A stretch of 64,000 nt of DNA from a virus (Duplodnaviria; Caudoviricetes), in the IMG/VR virus record IMGVR_UViG_2908764845_000006, positions 47,991 through 111,990 of that record. One strand, written 5' to 3'. Below the pieces are notes generated by a model. It was not told where the DNA came from. It worked only from the letters and a program-made list of their open reading frames with translations, and did no database searches. Within the stretch, counting starts at the first letter, position 1; every line of letters begins with the position of its first letter. Made by a program: the position numbers and the translations under genes. Shown in pieces: positions 47,619 through 57,084 of the stretch.

Positions 47619-50008
47619 CACTCGCTCGCTCCCTCCAGCTCCGGCTCGCCGACGCTCTGCCCGGTCTCCTGCCCGGGCACGGGCTCCATCAGCTCCATCT
47701 CCGGCTCGACCAGCGGCGCATCGTCGCCGTCGAACTGCTCCCAATTGGTTTCGTTCTGATCGACCGGATCGCCCTCGTCGACCGGCGCCGCCTGCGGCGC
47801 GGTCTCCTGCTCGGGTGCCGCGATCATGCGCGCCTCGCCGCGAACCCGCTTGCCGGTGATCCAGACCCACGGATTGTCGCGACCGATCACGCCGGAGCGG
47901 ATCAGGAAGTCGTTGGCGCGCTGCAGCGCCTTCTTGACGGCGTCCTCGCTGTCATCCTCGGCATAGTATTTCCGGTAGGCGGCGAACCAATAGCTGCGGT
48001 TGACGACGCGGGTGATCGCCTTGGGCAGCCGCAGGCTCGGCGGCGCCGCGATGCCGCTCTCCTCCATCGCCCGGAGCAGCGCGCGATAGACGTTGGCGCG
48101 CTGGTCGGTGAGCTGCACACCGCTCTCTTGCACGGTCTTGTCGGCCTCGCGGCTCTTCGGCGTGTCGATCCATTCGACCACGGCGCCCGGGATGATCTCG
48201 TTGTCCTCGTCGTAGCCGCAGATCACGCCGCGCAGGTAGAAGTCCGTGACTTCGCCATCCTCGCCCTCGCGCTGCTTGGACATCCGGGTGAAGCGACGGT
48301 CGCGCAGGTTGTTGCCGTCCTTGATCCTGGGCGGCGCGTCCTTCTCGGTGTGGTCGTAGCGGCCGACATGGATGGCAGTCTCGAAGGCGGCGTAGAGTGA
48401 GGTGTGGCCGCGCGGCCCGGTGCCGGATGCGTTCATGTGATGGACGAGCCACAGCCCGGTGTTCAGCTCCTCGCGGATGCGGTCGAGCCGCGACATCACG
48501 AGGCCGACCTCCTTGCCGTTGATCTCGTCCATCGCGGGCGTGACCTTGTTCAGCGTGTCGATCACGACCGCTTCGAGCTCGACCTGATCGTTCGGATAGG
48601 TCGCGTTCCACCACGCGACCCAGTATTTGCACTCGGCGATCAGCTCGGTGACCTGCTGGTCGTTGCCGAATAGGTCGAACTTCTTGGTCAGGCAGATGAA
48701 CGGCAGATACACATCGTCAGGCAGACCCTTGCCCGCCGCATAGCCCGCGAACCGCTTGTAGACGAAGCCGGAGCCCGCCTCCGCCGCGCAATAGATCACG
48801 AGCCCGCGACGCACCTTGCGGCCGAGGTATTCCCCGCCCTGCGAGACCGCCATCGCCATGTCCTGGGTGAAGAAGCTCTTGCCCGACTGCGACGCGCCGT
48901 AGATCAGCACGGTCTCCCGGCGGGGGATCAGACCCTTGATGATGTATTCATACTTCTGCTGCGCGGTGCGCGGCTCGCCCCACACCACGGCGCCGAACTT
49001 CGACTTGAAGTTCTTGCTGAGCCACGCGAGGTCGAGCGCGGCGGTGTATTCGGCCGCCGTGCACGACTTCTCGTCGACCAGCCGGTAGAGCGCCTCCGAG
49101 GTGCCGCCGGCGGCGATCCAGTCCGAGGTGTCGCCCTTCTCCGGCAGGTCGGGCAGCGACAGGATGCGAATGCTTTCGGCGGCGCCCTCCAGCTTGGAGG
49201 CGACCAGCTTGACGTGATCCTGGCCGGGCAACACCGGGCGTCCATCGGGATGGAAGCGCGGTTCACCGGTGCGCGGGTTCTTGGCCTGCGGATCGTTGTC
49301 GGGCGGGATAACGACGTTGGCGCCCCTGAAATACTGCGTCAGCTCCTCGGGCCACTTCCCGGCGCCGCCTGCGTTGCAGGTCGCGGGAACGCCCATGGCC
49401 CACAGATTGTCGACGTCCTTCTCGCCCTCGACGACGAAGATGGTGCGCTCGTCGGCGATCGCCTCCAACAGCTCGGGCAGCCGGTACGGGACCTGCGGCT
49501 TGACGTCCTGCTTCCAGACCCAGCCGTTCTTGATGTCGTTCGGGTCGTCATCCTTGCGCGGCTTGCGGCGCTGCAGGAAATTCTTCGGCTCCATACGGAC
49601 GACCTGAAACAGGAACTCGCCGCTGGCGTCGACATAGTCGTAGGTCTTGACGATCTTGGGCTTCGGACCGTCCTGCTTTGGCTTCGCCGGCGCCGGAGCC
49701 GGACGCTCGCGCTGATCGCGCTGATCGCGTCGCTCAGACCGCTGCTCGGGTGCGCGATCCTCGATCTCCAGCTTCAGCTCGGTCCGCATCCACTCGATGG
49801 CGTCCTTGCCCTCGAGTCCCATCTCGCGCTTGATCAGCGCGAGCGTGCCGCCGCCCTCGCCGGATTCGAAGTCATCCCAGAAGCCGGTGTCGGTGTTGAC
49901 GCGGAGCGAGCCGCGCTTGCCGTAGCGCAACTCGTCCTTCTTGCTGGACGTCGGCTTGCCGAACAGAGCGTCGGCGACCGCTTCGATATTTTTACCCCAG
50001 TCGTCCAT
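47618..50008 (-). CDS. primase-helicase (TOPRIM plus RepA/AAA_25-like helicase)
   Basis: VVEGEKD and PDND TOPRIM motifs; GASQSGKS Walker A, VVIDTL and LVHH. Confidence 0.9.
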   Translation of the reverse strand: MDDWGKNIEAVADALFGKPTSSKKDELRYGKRGSLRVNTDTGFWDDFESGEGGGTLALIKREMGLEGKDAIEWMRTELKLEIEDRAPEQRSERRDQRDQRERPAPAPAKPKQDGPKPKIVKTYDYVDASGEFLFQVVRMEPKNFLQRRKPRKDDDPNDIKNGWVWKQDVKPQVPYRLPELLEAIADERTIFVVEGEKDVDNLWAMGVPATCNAGGAGKWPEELTQYFRGANVVIPPDNDPQAKNPRTGEPRFHPDGRPVLPGQDHVKLVASKLEGAAESIRILSLPDLPEKGDTSDWIAAGGTSEALYRLVDEKSCTAAEYTAALDLAWLSKNFKSKFGAVVWGEPRTAQQKYEYIIKGLIPRRETVLIYGASQSGKSFFTQDMAMAVSQGGEYLGRKVRRGLVIYCAAEAGSGFVYKRFAGYAAGKGLPDDVYLPFICLTKKFDLFGNDQQVTELIAECKYWVAWWNATYPNDQVELEAVVIDTLNKVTPAMDEINGKEVGLVMSRLDRIREELNTGLWLVHHMNASGTGPRGHTSLYAAFETAIHVGRYDHTEKDAPPRIKDGNNLRDRRFTRMSKQREGEDGEVTDFYLRGVICGYDEDNEIIPGAVVEWIDTPKSREADKTVQESGVQLTDQRANVYRALLRAMEESGIAAPPSLRLPKAITRVVNRSYWFAAYRKYYAEDDSEDAVKKALQRANDFLIRSGVIGRDNPWVWITGKRVRGEARMIAAPEQETAPQAAPVDEGDPVDQNETNWEQFDGDDAPLVEPEMELMEPVPGQETGQSVGEPELEGASE

Positions 50009-50227
50009 CTCTCAAATATCCAGTACGGCAGCGTAAAGGCCGTGGTTCGCAACAGCGTCGAGGATGGAGGCCGCGAACTCGTCGTATTCGACACCGCGCC
50101 TCTTTGCCTCTGCCCTCAAATCAACCGAGACGTTCGGCGTAACTCGCACCGTCAACGTCGATTTCCGCGCCTCGTCCGGCGCGACCTTCCTGCACATTCC
50201 CAAGCCCCCGCTCCTTGTGATGCTCGA

Positions 50228-50566
50228 TCAGGCGTGTCCGGACACCTGGCCGTCGTATCCACCGGATGGACGCCCCAAGGCCTCCCACCCGGCGTTCAGT
50301 CGTTCGCAGAACTCGATCTGCTCCTCGATCAACCCCGCCATGGCGAGGGCGTCGTCGCTGCCCTTGCCATCTGCACGGAATGCCTTGGCGATGGAGCGCG
50401 CCGCGTCTGTCGTCAGGGCATTCCACTTCCGCGAGGTCGAAAACTTTAGGACCACGCAGTAACCGCGAAGTTCATCGAACACGCGGCCGCAAACGAGTTC
50501 CTGTCCCGGCTCGATATGGATGACCCAGCCTGCGTCACCCCACTTGATTGGCGCCTCCGATGTCAT
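50228..50566 (-). CDS. hypothetical protein
   Basis: Coupled ORF. Confidence 0.55.
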   Translation of the reverse strand: MTSEAPIKWGDAGWVIHIEPGQELVCGRVFDELRGYCVVLKFSTSRKWNALTTDAARSIAKAFRADGKGSDDALAMAGLIEEQIEFCERLNAGWEALGRPSGGYDGQVSGHA

Positions 50567-50847
50567 GGCGCTTTCTTCCGCGTTTTCGCGTCGATGACGG
50601 CGTCCACGTCCTCCTTGTTGGTGATCAGGAAATTCAGCGCGTTGCAGATCGCCTTGCGCGCGCGCACGTCGCTCTCGCGCCGCGCGATGTCGGCCGGCGT
50701 CGCGTCGGGATTGGTGCGCGTCGCATGCAGCATGGTCTCCGCGTAGACGAAATCGTTGTAGGCAATCTCCCAGAGACCCTGCGAGGTATGCGGGACGACC
50801 TTCTGCCGGGTCGCGCTGTCGAAGTTCACTGAGTGGGTACTCACCAT
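50563..50847 (-). CDS. hypothetical protein
   Basis: Coupled ORF. Confidence 0.55.
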   Translation of the reverse strand: MVSTHSVNFDSATRQKVVPHTSQGLWEIAYNDFVYAETMLHATRTNPDATPADIARRESDVRARKAICNALNFLITNKEDVDAVIDAKTRKKAP

Positions 50848-51377
50848 GCGAGGACCCCCGCGGTGAACGCATCGCGTGGGACCTGGCCGTAGGGCGCGAA
50901 GGTCGAGCAGCCCCAGATCCACATGCCGCCAGCATCGGCGGCGTTGTCGTCGACGGCGACCCAGCCGACGTTCTTGCAGTAGGCAAGCATCGCCTGCTTG
51001 GCCCCGTCGCGGCCGTGAAACTTGGCGGTGCCGAGCGCCATCGCGCGCCACGTCTGGACCGCGACCGACCAGCATTGCACGTTGCGACTGCGTGCCATGC
51101 CGCAGATGCATCCATACAATCCATGCAAGAGCTGCGTGGTGCCGTAGTTGCTCTCGCCCTTGATGTAGAAGGGCTGCTCGACCACGATCAGCGCAGGCTG
51201 ATGCTTCACGATCAGATCGTCGACCGCGCGCGCGCACCGGCCGTACACCTCGATGTCCGGGGTGTTGTCGTTGCCGAGCGTGACCGTGCCGAGTTCGGGC
51301 GTGCCCCCAATGGGGCCCGCGCCGTAGCCGAGCTTACGCGACGGGTCGAATGTCAGGATGGACGGCTTGGTCGTCAT
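50841..51377 (-). CDS. RuvC-like Holliday junction resolvase
   Basis: ILTFDPS..GYG, IVVEQP and DNAADA acidic motifs. Confidence 0.75.
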   Translation of the reverse strand: MTTKPSILTFDPSRKLGYGAGPIGGTPELGTVTLGNDNTPDIEVYGRCARAVDDLIVKHQPALIVVEQPFYIKGESNYGTTQLLHGLYGCICGMARSRNVQCWSVAVQTWRAMALGTAKFHGRDGAKQAMLAYCKNVGWVAVDDNAADAGGMWIWGCSTFAPYGQVPRDAFTAGVLAW

Positions 51378-51416
51378 CGCACACCGTCGGAACGAAGTGC
51401 GGTATGCGACTGATAC

Positions 51417-51977
51417 TCACGCTTCAACACCAACGGCGGCATGACTGGTCCCCTTGGAAAATCTGATCGTTCTGTCGTGGGCGATCCGGTGGTGCTGCGA
51501 ACACCACGAACAGCCTTCTCCAACTACCGGCGCGCCGCAGTAGAAATACGGGGGCGTGTCGTGAAAATTGCCGAGCGGCCAATGACATTGGTCGTTGCGC
51601 AGCTCGAGCAGCGTCGGCGAACGCGGCTCGCCGCTTTCGGCGTCGACCGCGCGCTCCGTGACGGGCACGGCGGATTTCTTGTTGACTATAATCGCAGGCT
51701 CCGGCGTGGAGCCCTTGCGTGCGGCGATGACCTTGGCGACCCTTGGCGCGGTATTGACTGCACCCGGCGTAGCCGGACTCGGCCTGCGCGCCTTGGCGAC
51801 GTTGGAGGGCTTGCGCCAGAACGAAAGCCCCAGCCTGTGCACCTTGCCGATGACGGCGTTGCGCGACAGCGTGTAGCCATCCGCCTTCATCGCAGCCTCC
51901 GCCTCGCCGGCGGACATCTTCTCCACCATCACGTAGTGGCGGAGCTTCTCGATCATGGTGTCGGACCAATCACCCAC
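51417..51977 (-). CDS. gcrA: GcrA-family cell-cycle transcription regulator homologue
   Basis: SRNAVIGKVHRLGL...LLEL...CHWPLG...YCG...WC..H. Confidence 0.88.
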   Translation of the reverse strand: MGDWSDTMIEKLRHYVMVEKMSAGEAEAAMKADGYTLSRNAVIGKVHRLGLSFWRKPSNVAKARRPSPATPGAVNTAPRVAKVIAARKGSTPEPAIIVNKKSAVPVTERAVDAESGEPRSPTLLELRNDQCHWPLGNFHDTPPYFYCGAPVVGEGCSWCSQHHRIAHDRTIRFSKGTSHAAVGVEA

Positions 51978-51988
51978 GATTGGTCTCC

Positions 51989-52426
51989 TCAGACTTCGCT
52001 GGTCGTCTGCGCGCCGCCAGCGTCGCCGCCCAGGATGCGAAGCACTTCGTCAAGCGAAGCAAGAGCTTCACGGCAATGCGGCGCGGAAGAGCCCTCCAGC
52101 TTTCGGCGTGCCATCGCGACCCCGTCGAGGGCGATGCGCCACTCGGCGGCGTCGGCTGCTTCCCGCAGCACGTCCATTTCCCATGCATCAATTCTTCGTG
52201 CTTCCCCATACCAAATGTCCCTCGCTCGCCCGTAAGCGATGCCCGTGCGTTCTGATGTTCGTGTGATTGCTGCCTTGACGTAGTCCCCCGCAGGGCATGG
52301 CTCGCTTGCGCGCTTCGCGAGATGCGCGGCGATCTCGGACGTTTTTTCCGAGCGGGAGGACGGCTTTTCTGTGCGCAAGGACTTGACGGCGCTCGAATCA
52401 ACCAGCGCAATGGTTAGGTTACTCAT
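51989..52426 (-). CDS. putative phage regulatory protein (cII position)
   Basis: RARDIWYGEARRIDAWEMD motif; downstream of cro-like gene. Confidence 0.55.
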   Translation of the reverse strand: MSNLTIALVDSSAVKSLRTEKPSSRSEKTSEIAAHLAKRASEPCPAGDYVKAAITRTSERTGIAYGRARDIWYGEARRIDAWEMDVLREAADAAEWRIALDGVAMARRKLEGSSAPHCREALASLDEVLRILGGDAGGAQTTSEV

Positions 52427-52883
52427 GCGCGCACCTGCTGAAGCGAGTACGCGCCACCACGATCGTTTAGATCGCTGCGACCGTCGTTTAGATCATTAAG
52501 ACTAAAACTATAGGCCTGTGACGCCCGCACCTTTTTTTGAGTACGAGAGTTTTTGCATGACCCAAGTTCTAAGGAAATGCTTGCGCTGGAACAGCGCAAC
52601 CAGTCATAGAATTGCCGCAACTGGCGAGAAGGCCGAAAGAGCCGAGAATGGTTACAGATGCTTTGGAAGTGCGTACCCTCGACAAGGATCTGCTTCAGCC
52701 GATCGAGGTGAAATACATCGACGCCGACCGCTTCGAGTTCACGTTCCGCACCCGGAACGGCACGCTTGTGAAAAGCGTGTTGAACGCAGTGGGCATGGTC
52801 CACTGCATCAACCTCGCGATGAAGGCACTCAACGAGTACCCCACGCAGGCACTGCACGATCTGCTGTCGCTGTAGCCTGCCCA

Positions 52884-53177
52884 TCAGCGCTTTGCCCGTT
52901 TTTTAACCGCAGCCTTGCCTCGCTTTTGAGCGGGCTTGGAGCGTGCGGCCATGGCGGGCTGGGTCTTGGCGATCGCGGGCAGATGATCGTCCGCGGTCAC
53001 GAGACCCTTGGTGGCGTGCTTGATGCGCGCCCAGACGGTGGGCGTCGGGTAGTGCAGGAATTTTCGGTATCTGGTGACGGACCAGCGCGCGACGCCGATC
53101 TTGTCGGCGAACTGCTGGTCGGCACCCGACGGCGAAACGTCGGGATACGCAACCGCGTAGTATTCTGCGAGCGTCAT
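52884..53177 (-). CDS. Cro-like HTH protein
   Basis: MTLAEY...FADKIGVARWSVTRY...TKGLVTADD; divergent from the repressor. Confidence 0.75.
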   Translation of the reverse strand: MTLAEYYAVAYPDVSPSGADQQFADKIGVARWSVTRYRKFLHYPTPTVWARIKHATKGLVTADDHLPAIAKTQPAMAARSKPAQKRGKAAVKKRAKR

Positions 53178-53220
53178 TGGCTTTCCGGTGATGGAGGTGG
53201 GCGCGTCCGTCACCGACAAG

Positions 53221-53246
53221 TGCACCAGATAGGTGCACTGGTCAAG
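53221..53246 (-). promoter_or_regulatory. leftward (cro) promoter with operator at 53221-53237
   Basis: CTTGACC -35 followed by TGCACC TATCT GGTGCA. Confidence 0.7.
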
Positions 53247-53417
53247 ACGTCACACGCGGCTCCCTACACCTTTTCGGTGAAATGACACATGGCAGTACGT
53301 TTGGTACCGAACAGCGTGACTCAAAAAATACTTCAAGCGCACGGAATAGTCCCCTGCCCGGGCGACTCTGTTACGACGGTTCACTCCCGGTTGAGCGAAA
53401 CTTTGACTAGTACAGAG

Positions 53418-54092
53418 ATGGACATGATTGCGGACGGCCGCAGGCGGACAGGCAGCAGTCGCCTGAAGAACCCGCCGCCGGAAAACTCGATTCGCTACTA
53501 CAGACAGCGCAAGGGATTGACGCTGAAGGAGGTTGCGACTCTCCTCGGCACCACCCACCAGACCATCCAGCGACTCGAGGAGCTCAATCAGGTTCTTACC
53601 CCGGACTGGGCAATGCGAATCGGTTCGGTGCTTGGCGGTATTCCCGGCGCCCTGATCGCCTATTCAGACGACGAGGACGCCTACCCGTGGGCCGCGAGGC
53701 CCATCCCGGTGATGGGGGTGATCGACGAGCGCCGGCAAATCGAGCTCCAGCAGGAGCCGCTTTACCGCGTAGGTCTGACCAACAGGCCGACCGGCACGGT
53801 TGCGATCGAGGTGCGCGACAGGACCATGCTGCTCGATGGCTGGCTCCTCCTCTACGACGACACCCAGGCCGAGCCGATCACCGATGACATCATCGCGCTG
53901 CAGGCCAACAACGAACGATTCGTCTGCCGCCTGACCGACGGCACCGTCTGGGTGCGCCGAATCGTGCCTGCTGCGAACGGTCTGCACCACCTCGAAACCG
54001 ACCACGCGCCGCCGATCTACGACGCGCACGTCAAATCAGTTGCGTTGGTGCTGGGCTTCGAGAGACCGGGGCAGGACCTGCCTCCGAGATAG
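53418..54092 (+). CDS. CI-like XRE-family repressor with degenerate S24-like C-terminal domain (start uncertain)
   Basis: IRYYRQRKGLTLKEVATLLGTTHQTIQRLE HTH. Confidence 0.8.
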   Translation: MDMIADGRRRTGSSRLKNPPPENSIRYYRQRKGLTLKEVATLLGTTHQTIQRLEELNQVLTPDWAMRIGSVLGGIPGALIAYSDDEDAYPWAARPIPVMGVIDERRQIELQQEPLYRVGLTNRPTGTVAIEVRDRTMLLDGWLLLYDDTQAEPITDDIIALQANNERFVCRLTDGTVWVRRIVPAANGLHHLETDHAPPIYDAHVKSVALVLGFERPGQDLPPR

Positions 54093-54265
54093 GGCGCGGC
54101 GATTCGCCACACAATTCCGGATTACTACGGATGACGCCCACGCGCGGTGCAGTCAGGGCTTCGTCATGGTCGGGACAAAGGGGACATCGCCCAACTGGCA
54201 CACGGCTTGCAATATATCCAATAACTAAGATTCTTAGATCAAGTATATCCAAGAACTCAGAACAA

Positions 54266-54296
54266 GGGGGCCCCTATAGGGCCCCCGTTTTGTTTC
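54266..54296 (+). terminator. intrinsic terminator after the repressor gene
   Basis: GGGGGCCC-CTATA-GGGCCCCC-GTTTTGTTT. Confidence 0.65.
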
Positions 54297-54402
54297 TGAT
54301 TTGAGAGCATTTCTAAAGACTGAGAATTTAATGTTGTGCAATGCGTGCCAGCGCGCGTAGACGAAATGCACCAGATTTTTTCGATTCGGTGCATTTGCAC
54401 CC

Positions 54403-54430
54403 TTGACGATGCACCTTTCCGGTGCAATAT
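54403..54430 (+). promoter_or_regulatory. rightward early promoter with operator at 54410-54426
   Basis: TTGACG...CAATAT flanking TGCACC TTTCC GGTGCA; extra half-sites upstream. Confidence 0.75.
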
Positions 54431-54563
54431 CGGATGCACACCGGGAGACCAACCCACCATCCATCGTCAACAAGCCCGGTTCCGAGGGTGACTGTCAGGC
54501 CGCGCCGCACTTCGCAGGTGCACGCGGACTGACACTCGAGGGACCGGGTGGGAGCACCCAATC

Positions 54564-55577
54564 GTGACCGACACCGACACGTTCCAACCCGTGGGCGCGT
54601 TCGCCCAAGCCGTCGTCGACAAGATCCAGCTCGGCGCCGTCGATAGCCACCCCGTCACCGACCGCGCGTCGTGGCTCGCCATGCGGACCCGCGACATCAC
54701 CGCCTCCGACATCGCGTCGATCTGCGGCGTCGGCTACCGCTCGGCGCTCGCAGTCTGGGCCGAAAAGACCGGCAAGACCCAGCCGCAGGCGGATAGCCCC
54801 ATCCTGCAGCGCGGCCGCTGGCTCGAGCCCGCGATCTGGCGCGCCATCGAGGACCGCGAGCCCAGCTGGCAGCTGCGTCCTGCCAAGGTCTATCTGCGCT
54901 CGCCGTCGCTGCGCGTTGGAGCGACACCGGATGCACTGGCAGTGGACCCCGAACGCAAGGGCCTCGTGCTCATTCAGGGCAAGGTCGTTGCCCGGCCGAC
55001 GTTCATCAACGACTGGCTCGGCGGCGATAAGCATCGCGGCACCCCCGAGGTGCCGCTCGGCTATCAGCTGCAGACGTTGACCGAGACCATGCTCGCCGAG
55101 GCGCGCTTCCAGATCGAAATCCATCCGGTCCTGGCCGCGCTTGTGGTCGGCGACTTCACCGCCGACCTGCACATGATCCCGGTGCAGCGCCACGAAGGCG
55201 CTGAACAGCGGGCGCTCGCCACCGTCAAGAGCTTCTGGGAGATGATCGCCAACGGCCAGCAGCCGGCGCTGGACCCGAGCCGCGACCACGACGTGGTGCG
55301 CAAGCTGTACCCTGTCGCGGACGGCACCACGATCGACCTCTCCGGCGACAACGAGATTCCCGAGATGGTTGACGAGCGCCTCGAGCTCGGCCGCCAGATC
55401 AAGGAACGCGAGGATCGTCGCGACGAGATCACCACGACGATCATGCACAAGATTGGCGATGCGTCGTTCGCAGTCATCGCAGGCGGACGCAGGCTCTCGG
55501 CCAAGGTCACCAACGTCAAGGAGAAGGTCGTCGCACCCTACTCCTTCCGCAGCCTGCGCGAAGTCAAGGCGCTCTGA
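54564..55577 (+). CDS. YqaJ-like viral recombinase/exonuclease
   Basis: WL..R...ITASD, GRWLEP, ATPDAL, IQGK and YQLQ motifs. Confidence 0.85.
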   Translation: MTDTDTFQPVGAFAQAVVDKIQLGAVDSHPVTDRASWLAMRTRDITASDIASICGVGYRSALAVWAEKTGKTQPQADSPILQRGRWLEPAIWRAIEDREPSWQLRPAKVYLRSPSLRVGATPDALAVDPERKGLVLIQGKVVARPTFINDWLGGDKHRGTPEVPLGYQLQTLTETMLAEARFQIEIHPVLAALVVGDFTADLHMIPVQRHEGAEQRALATVKSFWEMIANGQQPALDPSRDHDVVRKLYPVADGTTIDLSGDNEIPEMVDERLELGRQIKEREDRRDEITTTIMHKIGDASFAVIAGGRRLSAKVTNVKEKVVAPYSFRSLREVKAL

Positions 55578-55624
55578 CGAGCGCCTTCCTCCCCTCCCAT
55601 TCCCACTATTCGGAGACCATCCAC

Positions 55625-56860
55625 ATGACGACGATCATCGACAATGACGATATCCGGGTGCGCACGCTGGAGGCGTTTGCCGGTGTTGCCGGCCCTGCCC
55701 CGTCCAACCTTCCTGCGACCCAGCCGCAGAGCTTCCTGCCCCCGGTGGATCGCGTTCACGGCGCCCAACAGGTGGCCGTCCGTCGCCACGAGCCGGACGT
55801 GCTGCGCAAGATCAAGGAGCTGGCGGCGGCTGCGGGTGAATATTTCTACTACCGCTTTCCCGTGAAAAATAAGGGCAAGACGGAATACATCGAAGGCCCG
55901 ACGATCAAGTGCGCCAACGCGGTCGCGCGTTTGTTCGGCAACTGCGATGTCGATTGCCGCTCGGTCGACATCGGCACCCACTGGGTGTTCCACGCGCGCT
56001 TCATGGACTTGGAGACCGGCTACTCGCTGACGCGGCCGCTGCAGCAACGCAAGACCCAGGCCACCGTGCGCGGCGATGCGGGGCGCGCCGAGGACATCGC
56101 GTACCAGATCGGCACATCGAAGGCGATCCGCAACGTCGTGACCAACGCGCTCGACACCTTCACCACCTTCGCGTGGCAAGAGGCGAAGATGTCGGTCGTC
56201 GAGACCGTCGGCAAGCAGATCGAGAAGTACAAGACCCGGGTCCAGATCCGATTGGACGAGATGGAGGTCGACCTCCATCGCGTCGAGGCTGTACGCGGTC
56301 GACCGTTGAAGGATTGGCTTGCCACCGATGTCGCGCGCACCATCGCCGAAATTCAGGCCGTCAACGACGGCATGGCGACGGCGGACGAAACCTGGCCGAA
56401 GAAGGATGACCAGAAGGCCGATGGCGACGGCAAGCTGTCGCAGTTCGCGAGCGACGCCAACAAGGCGGACGGCAACGCGGAGACCGTCGACCCCAAGACC
56501 GGCGAGGTCACCGACGGGGTCGCCAGCACCAACAACAGCGCGCAGGGCGATCAGCCCGCGCAGGGTTCGCAGACCGCCGAGGATGGCCCCCAGCCATCGG
56601 CATCTGCGACGGAGGACGGCGCGGCAGCGTCCGAAACCGCGGCGTCCTCCGCCAATTCCGAGCCGGAAGGCCCGGCCACCGAGGCCGAGTACAGCGACTA
56701 TGCGGTGGCGTGGTTCGCTGAGGCGAACAACGTCGAGGAAGTGCGCGCCCGCTGGGCTCGCGAAAAGTCGATGCGTGCGAAGGCCGGCGTCAAGCCGGAC
56801 ACCCTCACCAAGCTGGAAGGCCTGATGAAGGACACCGTCGCCCGGATCAAGAAGGGGTAG
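55625..56860 (+). CDS. putative single-strand annealing/recombination protein
   Basis: Follows YqaJ; EGPTIKCA...FGN, SKAIRN and VDPKTGEV motifs. Confidence 0.55.
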   Translation: MTTIIDNDDIRVRTLEAFAGVAGPAPSNLPATQPQSFLPPVDRVHGAQQVAVRRHEPDVLRKIKELAAAAGEYFYYRFPVKNKGKTEYIEGPTIKCANAVARLFGNCDVDCRSVDIGTHWVFHARFMDLETGYSLTRPLQQRKTQATVRGDAGRAEDIAYQIGTSKAIRNVVTNALDTFTTFAWQEAKMSVVETVGKQIEKYKTRVQIRLDEMEVDLHRVEAVRGRPLKDWLATDVARTIAEIQAVNDGMATADETWPKKDDQKADGDGKLSQFASDANKADGNAETVDPKTGEVTDGVASTNNSAQGDQPAQGSQTAEDGPQPSASATEDGAAASETAASSANSEPEGPATEAEYSDYAVAWFAEANNVEEVRARWAREKSMRAKAGVKPDTLTKLEGLMKDTVARIKKG

Positions 56861-57030
56861 CGCAGGGAGCAGAGCCAAACTCCCAAGAGGGGCACTGCGT
56901 GCGGCTCCGTAAACGGGAAGGCACCTCCGGGGTTCGTCAGTCTCTCTGCGTGGGTCGGACCACGGGCCGGTCAAGGTGACCAACGCGCGCAAACTACCGT
57001 GGGCGGGAAGCCGCACTTCTCGCCCACGGA
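56861..57030 (+). ncRNA. candidate structured RNA with pseudoknot
   Basis: Two stems plus an 8-nt complementarity between them. Confidence 0.45.
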
Positions 57031-57084
57031 CATCTCAATCGCCGGGCTTCGCAGGCCCGCATGGATTTTAGTCGGGGAACCAGC

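Noticed and set aside
52463-52494. Direct repeat TCGTTTAGATC twice, 21 bp apart
   Set aside because: Could be a regulator site, but there are only two copies and no other support.
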